Of a DNA stretch of 39,899 nt, positions 10,122 through 18,001 are shown piece after piece. Both the position numbers and the translations under genes were made by a program. The notes beneath the pieces are model-generated. The model was given only the letters and a program-made list of their open reading frames with translations, was not told the DNA's origin and did not search any database. Source of the stretch: Escherichia phage vB_EcoP-101120B2. The first letter of the stretch is position 1, and each line of letters begins with the position of its first letter. The stretch lies in the sequence record MZ234023.1; one strand, written 5' to 3'.

Positions 10122-10335
10122 TCTCACAGTTCAAGAACATCAAGTCTCCCCCATAGGCCTCTTTCAGTCCAGACCAAAGGCCCTACCCCAGTCTATCATA
10201 AGGTTGGACCGATGGTCAAGACTTCAGGTCAACGATAGGTTGTGGCTATGGCTTAGGGAAGGACGATAGGTTGGGACTATGGGTCTGTCTTTGAGTCTCT
10301 ATCTGTATCAGACCTTGAGTCACTACCTACAGTCT
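10122..10335 (+). repeat. Probable direct terminal repeat / concatemer junction (single copy); physical left end inferred near 10122
   Basis: Begins TCTCACAGT and contains CCCCCATAGG, GGGTCTGTCTTTGAGT, CCTTGAGT and TACAGTC, which recall the T7 left-end terminal repeat in the same order. Boundaries approximate. Confidence 0.35.
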
Positions 10336-10393
10336 AACTACCTACAGTCATCGACCATCGGTAATGCCGCTACCTACAGTCATCGACCTACGG
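10323..10393 (+). repeat. Short direct repeats CTACCTACAGTC(ATCGACC), three copies, with related GACCTACRGT copies at 10045-10070
   Basis: Direct observation. Analogous in position to the short CCTAAAG repeats flanking the T7 terminal repeat. Confidence 0.5.
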
Positions 10394-10507
10394 TTAATAG
10401 ACACAAGGATATAGACTTAAGGTCTAATACATGTTAGTCAAAGACTATATCCTCTTAGTCACTATGGGGCCGACGATAGCTTAATCAATATTATTTAAGA
10501 TTACCTA

Positions 10508-10540
10508 TTGACTACAGGTCCAGACTATGGCTTAATAGCT
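10508..10540 (+). promoter_or_regulatory. Candidate host sigma70 early promoter (A1-like)
   Basis: TTGACT, 17-18 bp spacer, then a weak -10 (CTTAAT/TTAATA). Confidence 0.3.
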
Positions 10541-10648
10541 TCCGTCAACACGACACGGCAACAACCGGATAGTGAAGACGCCGGGTCATCCCGGTTAAGT
10601 AGACAGCCTGATAAGTCATACGAACAACAGGCAGATGACAGAAAGTAG

Positions 10649-10686
10649 TTGACAAGATGTACCGACTTAAAGTAGTATGTACCACA
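10649..10686 (+). promoter_or_regulatory. Candidate strong host sigma70 early promoter (A2/A3-like)
   Basis: TTGACA at 10649-10654, 18-bp spacer, TAGTAT -10. Flanking sequence resembles the T7 A2/A3 region (GTAGACAGCCTGATAAGTC ... GTTGACAA). Confidence 0.5.
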
Positions 10687-10794
10687 TCAACACGAAACAA
10701 CGGTGACGACCAACACTGAAACGGTCTACCTGAAGTCCTCTGACTGAAGGGAATGCTCTTTAACAATCTGGATAAACTCTTAATGTGCGCCGAC

Positions 10795-10854
10795 AGTGAT
10801 TAACTACAGGGTCTTTGAGTCTACATCTGAAGGCCCTGACTGATAGTCACTAAC
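10795..10854 (+). repeat. Early-region repeated element copy 1 (AGTGATTAACTACAGG ... CCTGACTGATAGTCACTAAC)
   Basis: About 60-bp element with imperfect terminal inverted repeats. Shares its central segment with copy 4 (11998-12057). Immediately precedes an early ORF. Confidence 0.7.
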
Positions 10855-10861
10855 TTAACGG

Positions 10862-11116
10862 ATGGACACTATGAAACACTTAAGCACAATCACTAATCGC
10901 AATGAAGTATTCGTGAACACTAAAGGTTATGCGTGGATTCAGCTTAAAGAGATGAGAGGAGCGCGTCACCGTGTGGTAGTTCGCAAGGTATCAAGCAAGC
11001 CGTTCAGCAACTACAGCGTAGATACTATGCGTATAGACAACGAGACTTACCTGATAGACTCGCAGATAACCGTGCGTCCTACAGCGGGCATCTCAGCTCC
11101 TTATTTCGCTAACTGA
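10862..11116 (+). CDS. Hypothetical early protein
   Basis: 84-aa ORF downstream of repeat element; weak RBS; no recognisable homolog. Confidence 0.5.
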   Translation: MDTMKHLSTITNRNEVFVNTKGYAWIQLKEMRGARHRVVVRKVSSKPFSNYSVDTMRIDNETYLIDSQITVRPTAGISAPYFAN

Positions 11117-11117
11117 G

Positions 11118-11226
11118 AGTGATTAACTACAGGTCGTTAGACTGATAGCGGCCTGACTGATAGTCACTAACAAGTGATTAACTACAGGTCGTTAGACTGA
11201 TAGCGGCCTGACTGATAGTCACTAAC
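11118..11226 (+). repeat. Early-region repeated element copies 2 and 3, perfect tandem duplication of a 54-bp unit
   Basis: 11118-11171 and 11173-11226 are identical, separated by one base. Same termini as copies 1 and 4 but a different central segment. Confidence 0.8.
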
Positions 11227-11254
11227 ACATAATTAACTTTGAGAGGATATAACT

Positions 11255-11761
11255 ATGGAACGTAATGCTAACGCATACTATGAGCTGCTGGCTGCAACCG
11301 TTGAGGCATTTATCGAGCGTATTCAGTACGACCACCTGACTCAAGATGATGACTACAGCGATGCGCTGCATGAGGTCGTAGACGGTCAGGTTCCACACTA
11401 TTACCACGAGATTTTTACGGTGATGGCTGCTGATGGTATAGACCACGAGTTCGAAGACTCTGGGCTGATGCCTGAAACCAAGGACGTAACGCGTATCCTA
11501 CAAGCTCGCATCTATGAGGCGCTTTATAACGATGTGTCTAATAGCTTGGATGTAGTCTGGTTTGAGGATGAAGAGGCAGAAGAAGAGGATGAATATTGGG
11601 TAGTTGACGCTAAAACAGGCGCAATAATTGTGCAAGCTGTAGCTCTTGAGGTCGCTACTGCATGTACCAAGGTTAACTATGCGGCAGGTCGCCACCTGAA
11701 GGTGGAAGACATCAATGATAACGTAGTGTTCGACCCTGCGGCTGAGGACTGCGAGCGATGA
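11255..11761 (+). CDS. ocr: Ocr-like anti-restriction protein (gp0.3) with ~50-aa C-terminal extension
   Basis: GAGAGGA RBS. Residues ~30-105 ([44 protein letters not shown]) closely match recalled T7 Ocr, followed by an acidic stretch. The ORF continues to 168 aa, whereas T7 Ocr is 117 aa. Confidence 0.8.
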   Translation: MERNANAYYELLAATVEAFIERIQYDHLTQDDDYSDALHEVVDGQVPHYYHEIFTVMAADGIDHEFEDSGLMPETKDVTRILQARIYEALYNDVSNSLDVVWFEDEEAEEEDEYWVVDAKTGAIIVQAVALEVATACTKVNYAAGRHLKVEDINDNVVFDPAAEDCER

Positions 11762-11928
11762 TAACTTACGGTTTATGCCAGCACCACGTCACCAACGCCC
11801 GACTTATGGTCAAGACCGGGCGGTTAACCCATGATGAGACTATGCGTCTCCTGAAGGTGGTCTACAAGCGCCGCAAGCGCATACACGACAGTTTGCACGC
11901 TGAGGATAACCAACAATGCTCCAGATAA
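11758..11928 (+). CDS. Hypothetical small basic protein (translationally coupled to ocr)
   Basis: 56-aa ORF whose ATG overlaps the ocr stop (ATGA). Below ORF-track cutoff. No homolog recognised. Confidence 0.3.
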   Translation: MITYGLCQHHVTNARLMVKTGRLTHDETMRLLKVVYKRRKRIHDSLHAEDNQQCSR

Positions 11929-11997
11929 CTTATAGCAGCGAACAAGCGTTCTACGACGGGTGCTACGAGATGATGAAGCGCGATACTTGCTAGCGAC

Positions 11998-12057
11998 AGT
12001 GATTAACTACAGGGTCTTTGAGTCTACATCTGAAGGCCCTGACTGATAGCCACTAAC
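11998..12057 (+). repeat. Early-region repeated element copy 4
   Basis: Near-identical to copy 1 (one substitution, TAGTCACT to TAGCCACT). Precedes the ORF at 12074. Confidence 0.7.
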
Positions 12058-12073
12058 AACTGAGAGGACAGAT

Positions 12074-12301
12074 ATGAACACAATCACTGGTGCCATAGCC
12101 AAAGGTTTTCGAGCAATTTTCAGTGAATCGCAAGAAGTATGCACCAATCATAAATTCGTACTTTCTTGCGTAGTAGGGGACGAGTTTGACGGATTCGATA
12201 AACTGGTGGTTTGCGACCATTGTGGACAAGAGGCTATCCAACGCTCAAACGGTAAATTTGAATTAATAGACGATAGCCTTACAGAAGGAGACGGCGAGTA
12301 A
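12074..12301 (+). CDS. Hypothetical early protein with possible Cys4 zinc-binding motif
   Basis: 75-aa ORF with GAGAGGA RBS. Cys at 23, 32, 47 and 50 (CDHC). Confidence 0.5.
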   Translation: MNTITGAIAKGFRAIFSESQEVCTNHKFVLSCVVGDEFDGFDKLVVCDHCGQEAIQRSNGKFELIDDSLTEGDGE

Positions 12302-12334
12302 CCTAGATAAACAGGAGAGAACCAAATCGTAGCT

Positions 12335-12362
12335 TGACCATAACGCTGACAGGTGGATACTG
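12335..12362 (+). promoter_or_regulatory. Candidate sigma70 promoter
   Basis: TTGACC, 16-bp spacer, GATACT (the same -10 hexamer as T7 A1). Confidence 0.3.
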
Positions 12363-12433
12363 AGTGATAGACGAGAGGCCGTCGAATGATAGGTGGCCTC
12401 AAAGATTATCACTTGAATTAATAGGAGTTAACT

Positions 12434-12523
12434 ATGAGTGTGGGATATTGGGTCTGCCTAGCGCCAGTTATCTGGATGATAGGCTATGGGTTATACGACT
12501 GTATTAAACGGAAATCACTATGA
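12434..12523 (+). CDS. Hypothetical 29-aa hydrophobic peptide
   Basis: TAGGAG RBS. ATGA overlap with the next ORF. Hydrophobic sequence. Confidence 0.3.
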   Translation: MSVGYWVCLAPVIWMIGYGLYDCIKRKSL

Positions 12524-12717
12524 GTCTTGCACTATTGATAGCCATAGGCTATGGACTTATCGCATACGTGCTGGTGAGAGACATCAACAAGGCACGTAAA
12601 GTCTATAAATTCAACTATGTACGTATGGTCCGCTGGACTGTACGTCAACCTAACGGACGATTCCTGCGCAATTTAGCGAACGTCTGGGATATAGCAACTC
12701 TTGGGAGCAAACTGTAA
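12520..12717 (+). CDS. Hypothetical small membrane protein
   Basis: 65-aa ORF with N-terminal hydrophobic helix (SLALLIAIGYGLIAYVLV). Overlapping start and stop with neighbours. Confidence 0.5.
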   Translation: MSLALLIAIGYGLIAYVLVRDINKARKVYKFNYVRMVRWTVRQPNGRFLRNLANVWDIATLGSKL

Positions 12718-13043
12718 TGAACAAGTCATACGGGATTAATCTGGTACACTCTATGGACGCAGAAATGAACATGTTAAGCCTACTGGCTACCGGGTATCGT
12801 CACGGAACGTCAAGTCACACCGCACGTCAACAGCAGGAGAGGGACCGTGTACTACAGGCGCGACTCAGGGCAGAGGGCCATAAGTCCGAACTGATGTGTC
12901 TGGCGTATGGCGGACGACCGATCACTGACGATGGTAAACTTCTGGTATCAGGCTGGAAGGCGATAGACCAACGGTCAACCATCAAGCACACGACTCACGG
13001 TGACTTCAGCCGTCTCCACGCTAACCCACTGATATGCAAGTGA
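12717..13043 (+). CDS. Hypothetical early protein
   Basis: 108-aa ORF with GGGAG RBS, occupying the position of T7 gene 0.7. No kinase motifs recognised. Confidence 0.55.
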   Translation: MNKSYGINLVHSMDAEMNMLSLLATGYRHGTSSHTARQQQERDRVLQARLRAEGHKSELMCLAYGGRPITDDGKLLVSGWKAIDQRSTIKHTTHGDFSRLHANPLICK

Positions 13044-13050
13044 TTATGAC

Positions 13051-13072
13051 TTAACTATCACTATAGGACTCA
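13051..13072 (+). promoter_or_regulatory. Phage RNAP promoter immediately upstream of the RNAP gene
   Basis: TTAACTATCACTATAGGACTC, 70 bp upstream of the gene 1 start codon. Followed by a repeat-rich leader (AAGTGAAAGAC x2, GACTTTAAGT x2). Confidence 0.6.
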
Positions 13073-13140
13073 AGGTCTAAGACTCCAAGTGAAAGACCAA
13101 AGAGACTTTAAGTGAAAGACTAATAACAAGGACTTTAAGT

Positions 13141-15822
13141 ATGAGCGTCATCTCTATTGACAAACACGACTTCTCTGATGTGTCGAACGCCATTGAGCCG
13201 TTTAACCTGCTGGCTGACCACTACGGGCAAGACCTTGCAGTCAAACAGCTTCAGCTTGAGCATGAGGCCTACACTGAAGGTGAGCGACGTTTCATCAAGA
13301 ACCTTGAGCGTCAGACCGAGCGAGGGGAACTGGCAGACAATCAGGTCGCCAAGCCTTTGATGCAGACTCTGGTTCCTAAGATTGCGCAAGCCGTCAAGGA
13401 GTGGCACGAAGGTCCAGACGGGAAGCTGTCAACCTCACGTCCGAGCGTAGCGTTCACCATGTTAAGCACTGAAGAGAAGGCCGTCAAGGACCGCTCTCTT
13501 CGCATCTCCTGCGAGTCTGCTGCGGTTATCATACTGAAGGTCATCCTCTCCAAGCTGGTCAAGCCTGAAGGTATACCGATTACACCGATGGCCTCCGCGA
13601 TAGGTCGCACACTTGAGGATGAAATCCGATTCGGTCGCATTCGTGACAAGGAGAAGGAGCACTTCAAGAAGGCGATAGCTGATAACCTGAACAAGAGAGC
13701 CGGGGCATCATACAAGAAAGCCTACATGCAAGCGGTCGAGACATCCATGCTGGAGCAAGGCCAACTAGAAGATGCGTGGGGAACTTGGAGTCCGACCGAG
13801 GCTGTCCACGTTGGAATCAAGATGCTGGAGATTGTCATACAGTCAACACAACTGGTCGAGCTTAAGCGTTACGGTGCTGGCAATGCAGCGGCTGACGTTG
13901 AGATGGTCCACCTGTCAGACTTCTGGGTCAAGAAGATGGCACAACGAGGATTCAGCCTTGCGGGTATCGCCCCAGTCTACCAGCCTTGCGTCGTTCCGCC
14001 TAAGCCGTGGACTGGTGTCGTAGGCGGTGGGTATTGGGCCAAAGGTCGAAGACCATTGCCACTGATTCGCTTAGGGTCTAAGTCTGCGGTAGCACGTTAT
14101 GAAGACGTATACATGCCTGAAGTCTATGAAGCTGTGAATATCATCCAGAATACACCTTGGAAAGTGAACAAGAAGGTATTGGACGTGGTGAACAGGGTCG
14201 AGAAGCTGAACAACACGCCTATTAATGACATCCCTCAGATGGAACCGCTGAAGCCTGAGGACTATGCTGGTGAAACCGAGGAGGAACTCAAGGCATGGAA
14301 GAAGGCTGCTGCTGGTATCTATCGCCGCGAGAAGGCCAGACAGTCACGCAGATTATCACTGAGCTTTATCGTTAACCAAGCAAACAAGTTCTCTCAGTTC
14401 AAGGCCATCTGGTTCCCGTACAACATGGATTGGCGAGGTCGTGTCTACGCTGTCCCGATGTTCAACCCTCAGGGTAACGACATGCAGAAGGGGCTCCTGA
14501 CTCTGGCAGTCGGCAAGCCTATTGGTGCTGACGGTTTCAAATGGCTGAAGGTCCACGGTGCAAACTGTGCGGGTGTCGATAAAGTCACCTTCGATGAGCG
14601 CATCAAGTGGGTGGAAGACAACCACGAAAACATCATGGCTGCTGCTAAGGCACCGATGGATAGCATTGAGTGGTGGGGCAAGTTAGACTCTCCGTTCTGC
14701 TTCCTAGCGTTCTGCTTCGAGTATGCTGGCGTAATGCACCACGGCTTGTCTTACTCCTGCTCGCTGCCGATAGCGTTCGATGGGTCCTGCTCTGGGATTC
14801 AGCACTTCAGCGCTATGCTTCGCGACCACATCGGTGGACATGCAGTAAACCTGACGCCATCCGGTAAGGTCCAAGACATCTACCGCATCGTGTCTGACCG
14901 CATTGAGGAGGAGCTTAAAGTCCTACTGGTTAACGGTACGGACAACGAGATGGTAACTCACGAGGACAAGAAAACTGGTGAGATTACCGAGCGTCTCAAG
15001 CTGGGGACACGAGAGCTTGCCCGTCAGTGGCTGACCTACGGTATGTCACGAAAGGTCACTAAGCGTTCGGTCATGACTCTGGCCTACGGGTCGAAAGAGT
15101 ACGGCTTCGCAGACCAAGTTTACGAGGACATCGTGATGCCAGCGATTGACTCAGGGTCTGGCGCTATGTTCACTGAACCAAGCCAAGCAGCTCGCTTCAT
15201 GGCTAAGATGATTTGGGAAGCTGTGAGTGTGACCGTAGTTGCTGCGGTTGACGCGATGAAATGGCTTCAGGGTGCTGCCAAGCTGCTTGCTGCTGAAGTG
15301 AAGGACAAGAAGACTGGAGAAATCCTGAAGCCTTGTCTTCCGGTACACTGGGTCACACCTGATGGTTTCCCTGTCTGGCAGGAATACCGAAAGAAGGACA
15401 CCACTCGTCTGAACCTGATGTTCTTAGGGTCATTCAACCTTCAGCCTACCGTCAACAAAGGCACGAAGAAAGAGCTGGACAAGCACAAGCAGGAGTCAGG
15501 CATTAGCCCGAACTTCGTCCACTCACAAGATGGTAGCCACCTCCGCAAGACTGTAGTCCACACGCACCGCAAATATGGCGTGATGTCATTCGCAGTGATT
15601 CACGATAGCTTCGGGACCATCCCGGCTGACGCTGAGTATCTGTTCCGTGGAGTCCGTGAGACGATGGTCGAGACCTACCGCGACAACGATGTGCTGCTTG
15701 ACTTCTACGAGCAGTTTGAATACCAGCTTCACGAGAGCCAGAGAGACAAGTTGCCTGAGCTTCCTAAGAAAGGTAAACTGAATATCGAAGACATCTTGTC
15801 TTCAGACTTTGCATTCGCTTAA
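13141..15822 (+). CDS. Single-subunit DNA-dependent RNA polymerase (gp1)
   Basis: 893-aa ORF. Extensive identity to recalled T7/T3 RNAP (YMPEVYEAVNIIQNTPWKVNKKVL, WFPYNMDWRGRVYAVPMFNPQGNDM, HGANCAGVDKV, FAVIHDSFGTIPADA, C-terminal SDFAFA). Confidence 0.95.
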   Translation: MSVISIDKHDFSDVSNAIEPFNLLADHYGQDLAVKQLQLEHEAYTEGERRFIKNLERQTERGELADNQVAKPLMQTLVPKIAQAVKEWHEGPDGKLSTSRPSVAFTMLSTEEKAVKDRSLRISCESAAVIILKVILSKLVKPEGIPITPMASAIGRTLEDEIRFGRIRDKEKEHFKKAIADNLNKRAGASYKKAYMQAVETSMLEQGQLEDAWGTWSPTEAVHVGIKMLEIVIQSTQLVELKRYGAGNAAADVEMVHLSDFWVKKMAQRGFSLAGIAPVYQPCVVPPKPWTGVVGGGYWAKGRRPLPLIRLGSKSAVARYEDVYMPEVYEAVNIIQNTPWKVNKKVLDVVNRVEKLNNTPINDIPQMEPLKPEDYAGETEEELKAWKKAAAGIYRREKARQSRRLSLSFIVNQANKFSQFKAIWFPYNMDWRGRVYAVPMFNPQGNDMQKGLLTLAVGKPIGADGFKWLKVHGANCAGVDKVTFDERIKWVEDNHENIMAAAKAPMDSIEWWGKLDSPFCFLAFCFEYAGVMHHGLSYSCSLPIAFDGSCSGIQHFSAMLRDHIGGHAVNLTPSGKVQDIYRIVSDRIEEELKVLLVNGTDNEMVTHEDKKTGEITERLKLGTRELARQWLTYGMSRKVTKRSVMTLAYGSKEYGFADQVYEDIVMPAIDSGSGAMFTEPSQAARFMAKMIWEAVSVTVVAAVDAMKWLQGAAKLLAAEVKDKKTGEILKPCLPVHWVTPDGFPVWQEYRKKDTTRLNLMFLGSFNLQPTVNKGTKKELDKHKQESGISPNFVHSQDGSHLRKTVVHTHRKYGVMSFAVIHDSFGTIPADAEYLFRGVRETMVETYRDNDVLLDFYEQFEYQLHESQRDKLPELPKKGKLNIEDILSSDFAFA

Positions 15823-15837
15823 CAACAGGAGAAGTAT

Positions 15838-16068
15838 ATGTCAATGAAACTTGTAGCACACAACAGGGTATTCAACGATGGGTCGGGACGTTGCCATGTA
15901 GAGCTGACTTATAAGGATTTAATCATTCTCCGAGACAGATTACAGTCGGGTGTGACTGGGTGGATTCAACCTAACGAGTACAACCTTATAGCTTCGATTG
16001 ATGAAGTTCTTAACGCGTGGATGGAAGACGAGCGCATTCAGTATCCGTCATTCCCTCTAATTAGATAA
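15838..16068 (+). CDS. Hypothetical protein
   Basis: 76-aa ORF with AGGAG RBS directly after gene 1. T7 has no gene here. Confidence 0.55.
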   Translation: MSMKLVAHNRVFNDGSGRCHVELTYKDLIILRDRLQSGVTGWIQPNEYNLIASIDEVLNAWMEDERIQYPSFPLIR

Positions 16069-16078
16069 GGAGAGAGTT

Positions 16079-16294
16079 ATGAAATTTGCACACAAGCATA
16101 CTGGCGTTAATGGTGGGACTCAAATCGTGACCGTAACAGAACACAACGGCAAGGGTCTGGTGAAGACCACGGTCATCCCTACCGAGATGTCCAAGCAGCT
16201 TAACATCCCGTTCAAGACTCTTGTATATCTGGTCGAGTCCAGCCACGAGAAGTACCTGAAGGACGCAGTGTCCAAGCTGGAGCAGGCCAAATGA
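16079..16294 (+). CDS. Hypothetical protein
   Basis: 71-aa ORF with AAGGAG RBS. No homolog recognised. Confidence 0.55.
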   Translation: MKFAHKHTGVNGGTQIVTVTEHNGKGLVKTTVIPTEMSKQLNIPFKTLVYLVESSHEKYLKDAVSKLEQAK

Positions 16295-16371
16295 CAGACA
16301 TACAGTTACTGGCCCTGTGGCTGGGAGCACTCGCAGTATTCACTTTAATCCAACGCAGAAGAGGTTAACCC

Positions 16372-16392
16372 TAAACTATCACTATAGGCTTA
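16372..16392 (+). promoter_or_regulatory. Phage RNAP promoter (phi1.1 equivalent)
   Basis: TAAACTATCACTATAGGCTTA. Confidence 0.7.
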
Positions 16393-16436
16393 GACTCAAG
16401 GTCATGACTCAAAGTCGTGGCCTTCATGATTAACCC
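16393..16436 (+). promoter_or_regulatory. Probable RNase III processing site (R1.1 equivalent)
   Basis: GACTCAAGGTCATGACTCAAAGTCGTGGCCTTCATGATTAACC, second copy of the conserved motif, between promoter and gene 1.1 as in T7. Confidence 0.4.
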
Positions 16437-16465
16437 TAAATAAACACTACTGGAGATTTAACCGT

Positions 16466-16645
16466 ATGTATCAGAACACTATCAACTTCGAGCGCATCCG
16501 TGAACGTCAGCAGACTGAAGGTTACATCCCTAAGGGCCGCAAGCTGAACAAGACTAAACGTGGCGGTGGTATCAAAGGCGCTTTCAGAAACGCTGAAGGT
16601 AAAGACTCTCTGGTCAACCAAGAGAAATACTTCGTAGGAGCATAA
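16466..16645 (+). CDS. gp1.1-like small basic protein
   Basis: 59-aa ORF (below ORF-track cutoff) with GGAG RBS. Contains GRKLNKTKR, matching recalled T7 gp1.1. Confidence 0.6.
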   Translation: MYQNTINFERIRERQQTEGYIPKGRKLNKTKRGGGIKGAFRNAEGKDSLVNQEKYFVGA

Positions 16646-16649
16646 CTCT

Positions 16650-16913
16650 ATGGGCCGACTTTATAGTGGCAACCTCAACGCTTTCAGAGCAGCGTGTAAC
16701 AGGCTTTATCAGTTAGACTTCTGCGTGATACAGCAGGACTGGTACGACGCGCATCTTCGGAAAGAGTGCATGAGACTTCAAGTCGAGGACCGAGCTGGTA
16801 ACATCTTCGCGCTTGAGACCTTCGCACACTACGATGAAGACGTGCTGTATAATACCGCAACCGACTACCTCAACGGTCTCGCTGACCATCTCGACACATG
16901 GAGCAAAGAATAA
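16650..16913 (+). CDS. gp1.2-like inhibitor of host dGTPase
   Basis: Product begins MGRLYSGNLNAFRAACNRLYQLDF, as recalled T7 gp1.2 does, and is the same size (87 vs 85 aa). Confidence 0.8.
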   Translation: MGRLYSGNLNAFRAACNRLYQLDFCVIQQDWYDAHLRKECMRLQVEDRAGNIFALETFAHYDEDVLYNTATDYLNGLADHLDTWSKE

Positions 16914-18001
16914 TGACAACTATCAAAACTAACCCTCACCGCGCTGTAGATTACTCTGAGTCTGGAATTAAGAAGGCACTGGAAGCAGCCGGGTCTCTGG
17001 AAGCTGAAGTGAAGTACGATGGTGTGCGCCTGAACCTCCTGGTCCTGCGTGAAGGTGAGACCTACTGGCTTAGCCGCGAGTCGAAACCTCTACCAGCCTT
17101 GGAGTGGATGAACTCTGAGTTAGGTAATGCGTGGACCCAAGCTGACTGGCGATGGTTCCTGCGTCAATCCGGCTACGAAGGTGTGGGCATGATGATTGAT
17201 GGCGAGGTCATGGTCAAAGGTGTAGACTTCAACACCTCCTCAGGTCTCATCCGAACGAAGTGGCTCAAGCCTAACAACGAGGAGTTCGCTGAATACTATT
17301 CGCCGGCGACTGGTGGAAAGAAGCTCCCGTTCTGGGGATCCCGGTCACGACTTCAGGTTGTGGTATATGGCGTTGTCGATATGACAACCATAGCAGACCC
17401 GAAAGCAGAAGGTCCTATCCATAGCGTAACCCGCCTGAAGGCTGAAGCTATCGTCCCTCTCCTCCAGAAATACTTCCCGGAAATCGACTGGGTTCTGTCT
17501 GAGTCACACACGGTCTATGACCTTGAGTCGCTCAACTCCCTGTACGAACAGAAGCGTCTGGAAGGACATGAGGGTCTGGTAGTCAAGGACCCACTGGGTA
17601 AGTACAAGCGTGGCAAGAAGTCTGGCATGTGGAAAATGAAGCCTGAGGAGACCATCGACGGGACCGTGTGTGGCCTCGTGTGGGGGACTCCTGGTAAGGC
17701 TAACGAAGGTAAGGTCATCGGCTTTGAGGTTCTACTGGAGGATGGCATGGTGGTCAACGCCTGTGGTCTGACTGAAGAACAGAAGGACGAGTTTACGGCT
17801 AAGGTCAAGGAGGACACGCTTGCTGCGGTTGGCATCTTTGCGCCGTACGGCATTGGTGGTAACGAACCTTGCTTCGATAACCCATACGAAGGCTGGCAGT
17901 GTGAAGTCCTCTTCATGGAGAGGTTCCCTGATGGCTCCCTTCGTCACCCCAGCTTCAAGTGCTGGCGTGGAACCGAAGACAACCCAACGGTGAAGTCATG
18001 A
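16913..18001 (+). CDS. ATP-dependent DNA ligase (gp1.3)
   Basis: Strong similarity to T7 ligase including adenylation motif EVKYDGVR and EGHEGLVVKDP. Start placed at ATG 16913 (MTTIKTNPHR) by homology; the ORF-track start 16898 is an upstream alternative. Confidence 0.9.
   Translation: MTTIKTNPHRAVDYSESGIKKALEAAGSLEAEVKYDGVRLNLLVLREGETYWLSRESKPLPALEWMNSELGNAWTQADWRWFLRQSGYEGVGMMIDGEVMVKGVDFNTSSGLIRTKWLKPNNEEFAEYYSPATGGKKLPFWGSRSRLQVVVYGVVDMTTIADPKAEGPIHSVTRLKAEAIVPLLQKYFPEIDWVLSESHTVYDLESLNSLYEQKRLEGHEGLVVKDPLGKYKRGKKSGMWKMKPEETIDGTVCGLVWGTPGKANEGKVIGFEVLLEDGMVVNACGLTEEQKDEFTAKVKEDTLAAVGIFAPYGIGGNEPCFDNPYEGWQCEVLFMERFPDGSLRHPSFKCWRGTEDNPTVKS

Noticed and set aside
11118-11226. Tandem repeat considered as a possible CRISPR array
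   Set aside because: Only two directly abutting copies with no spacers; the unit carries internal inverted repeats and recurs singly elsewhere in the early region. A regulatory or processing element fits better.
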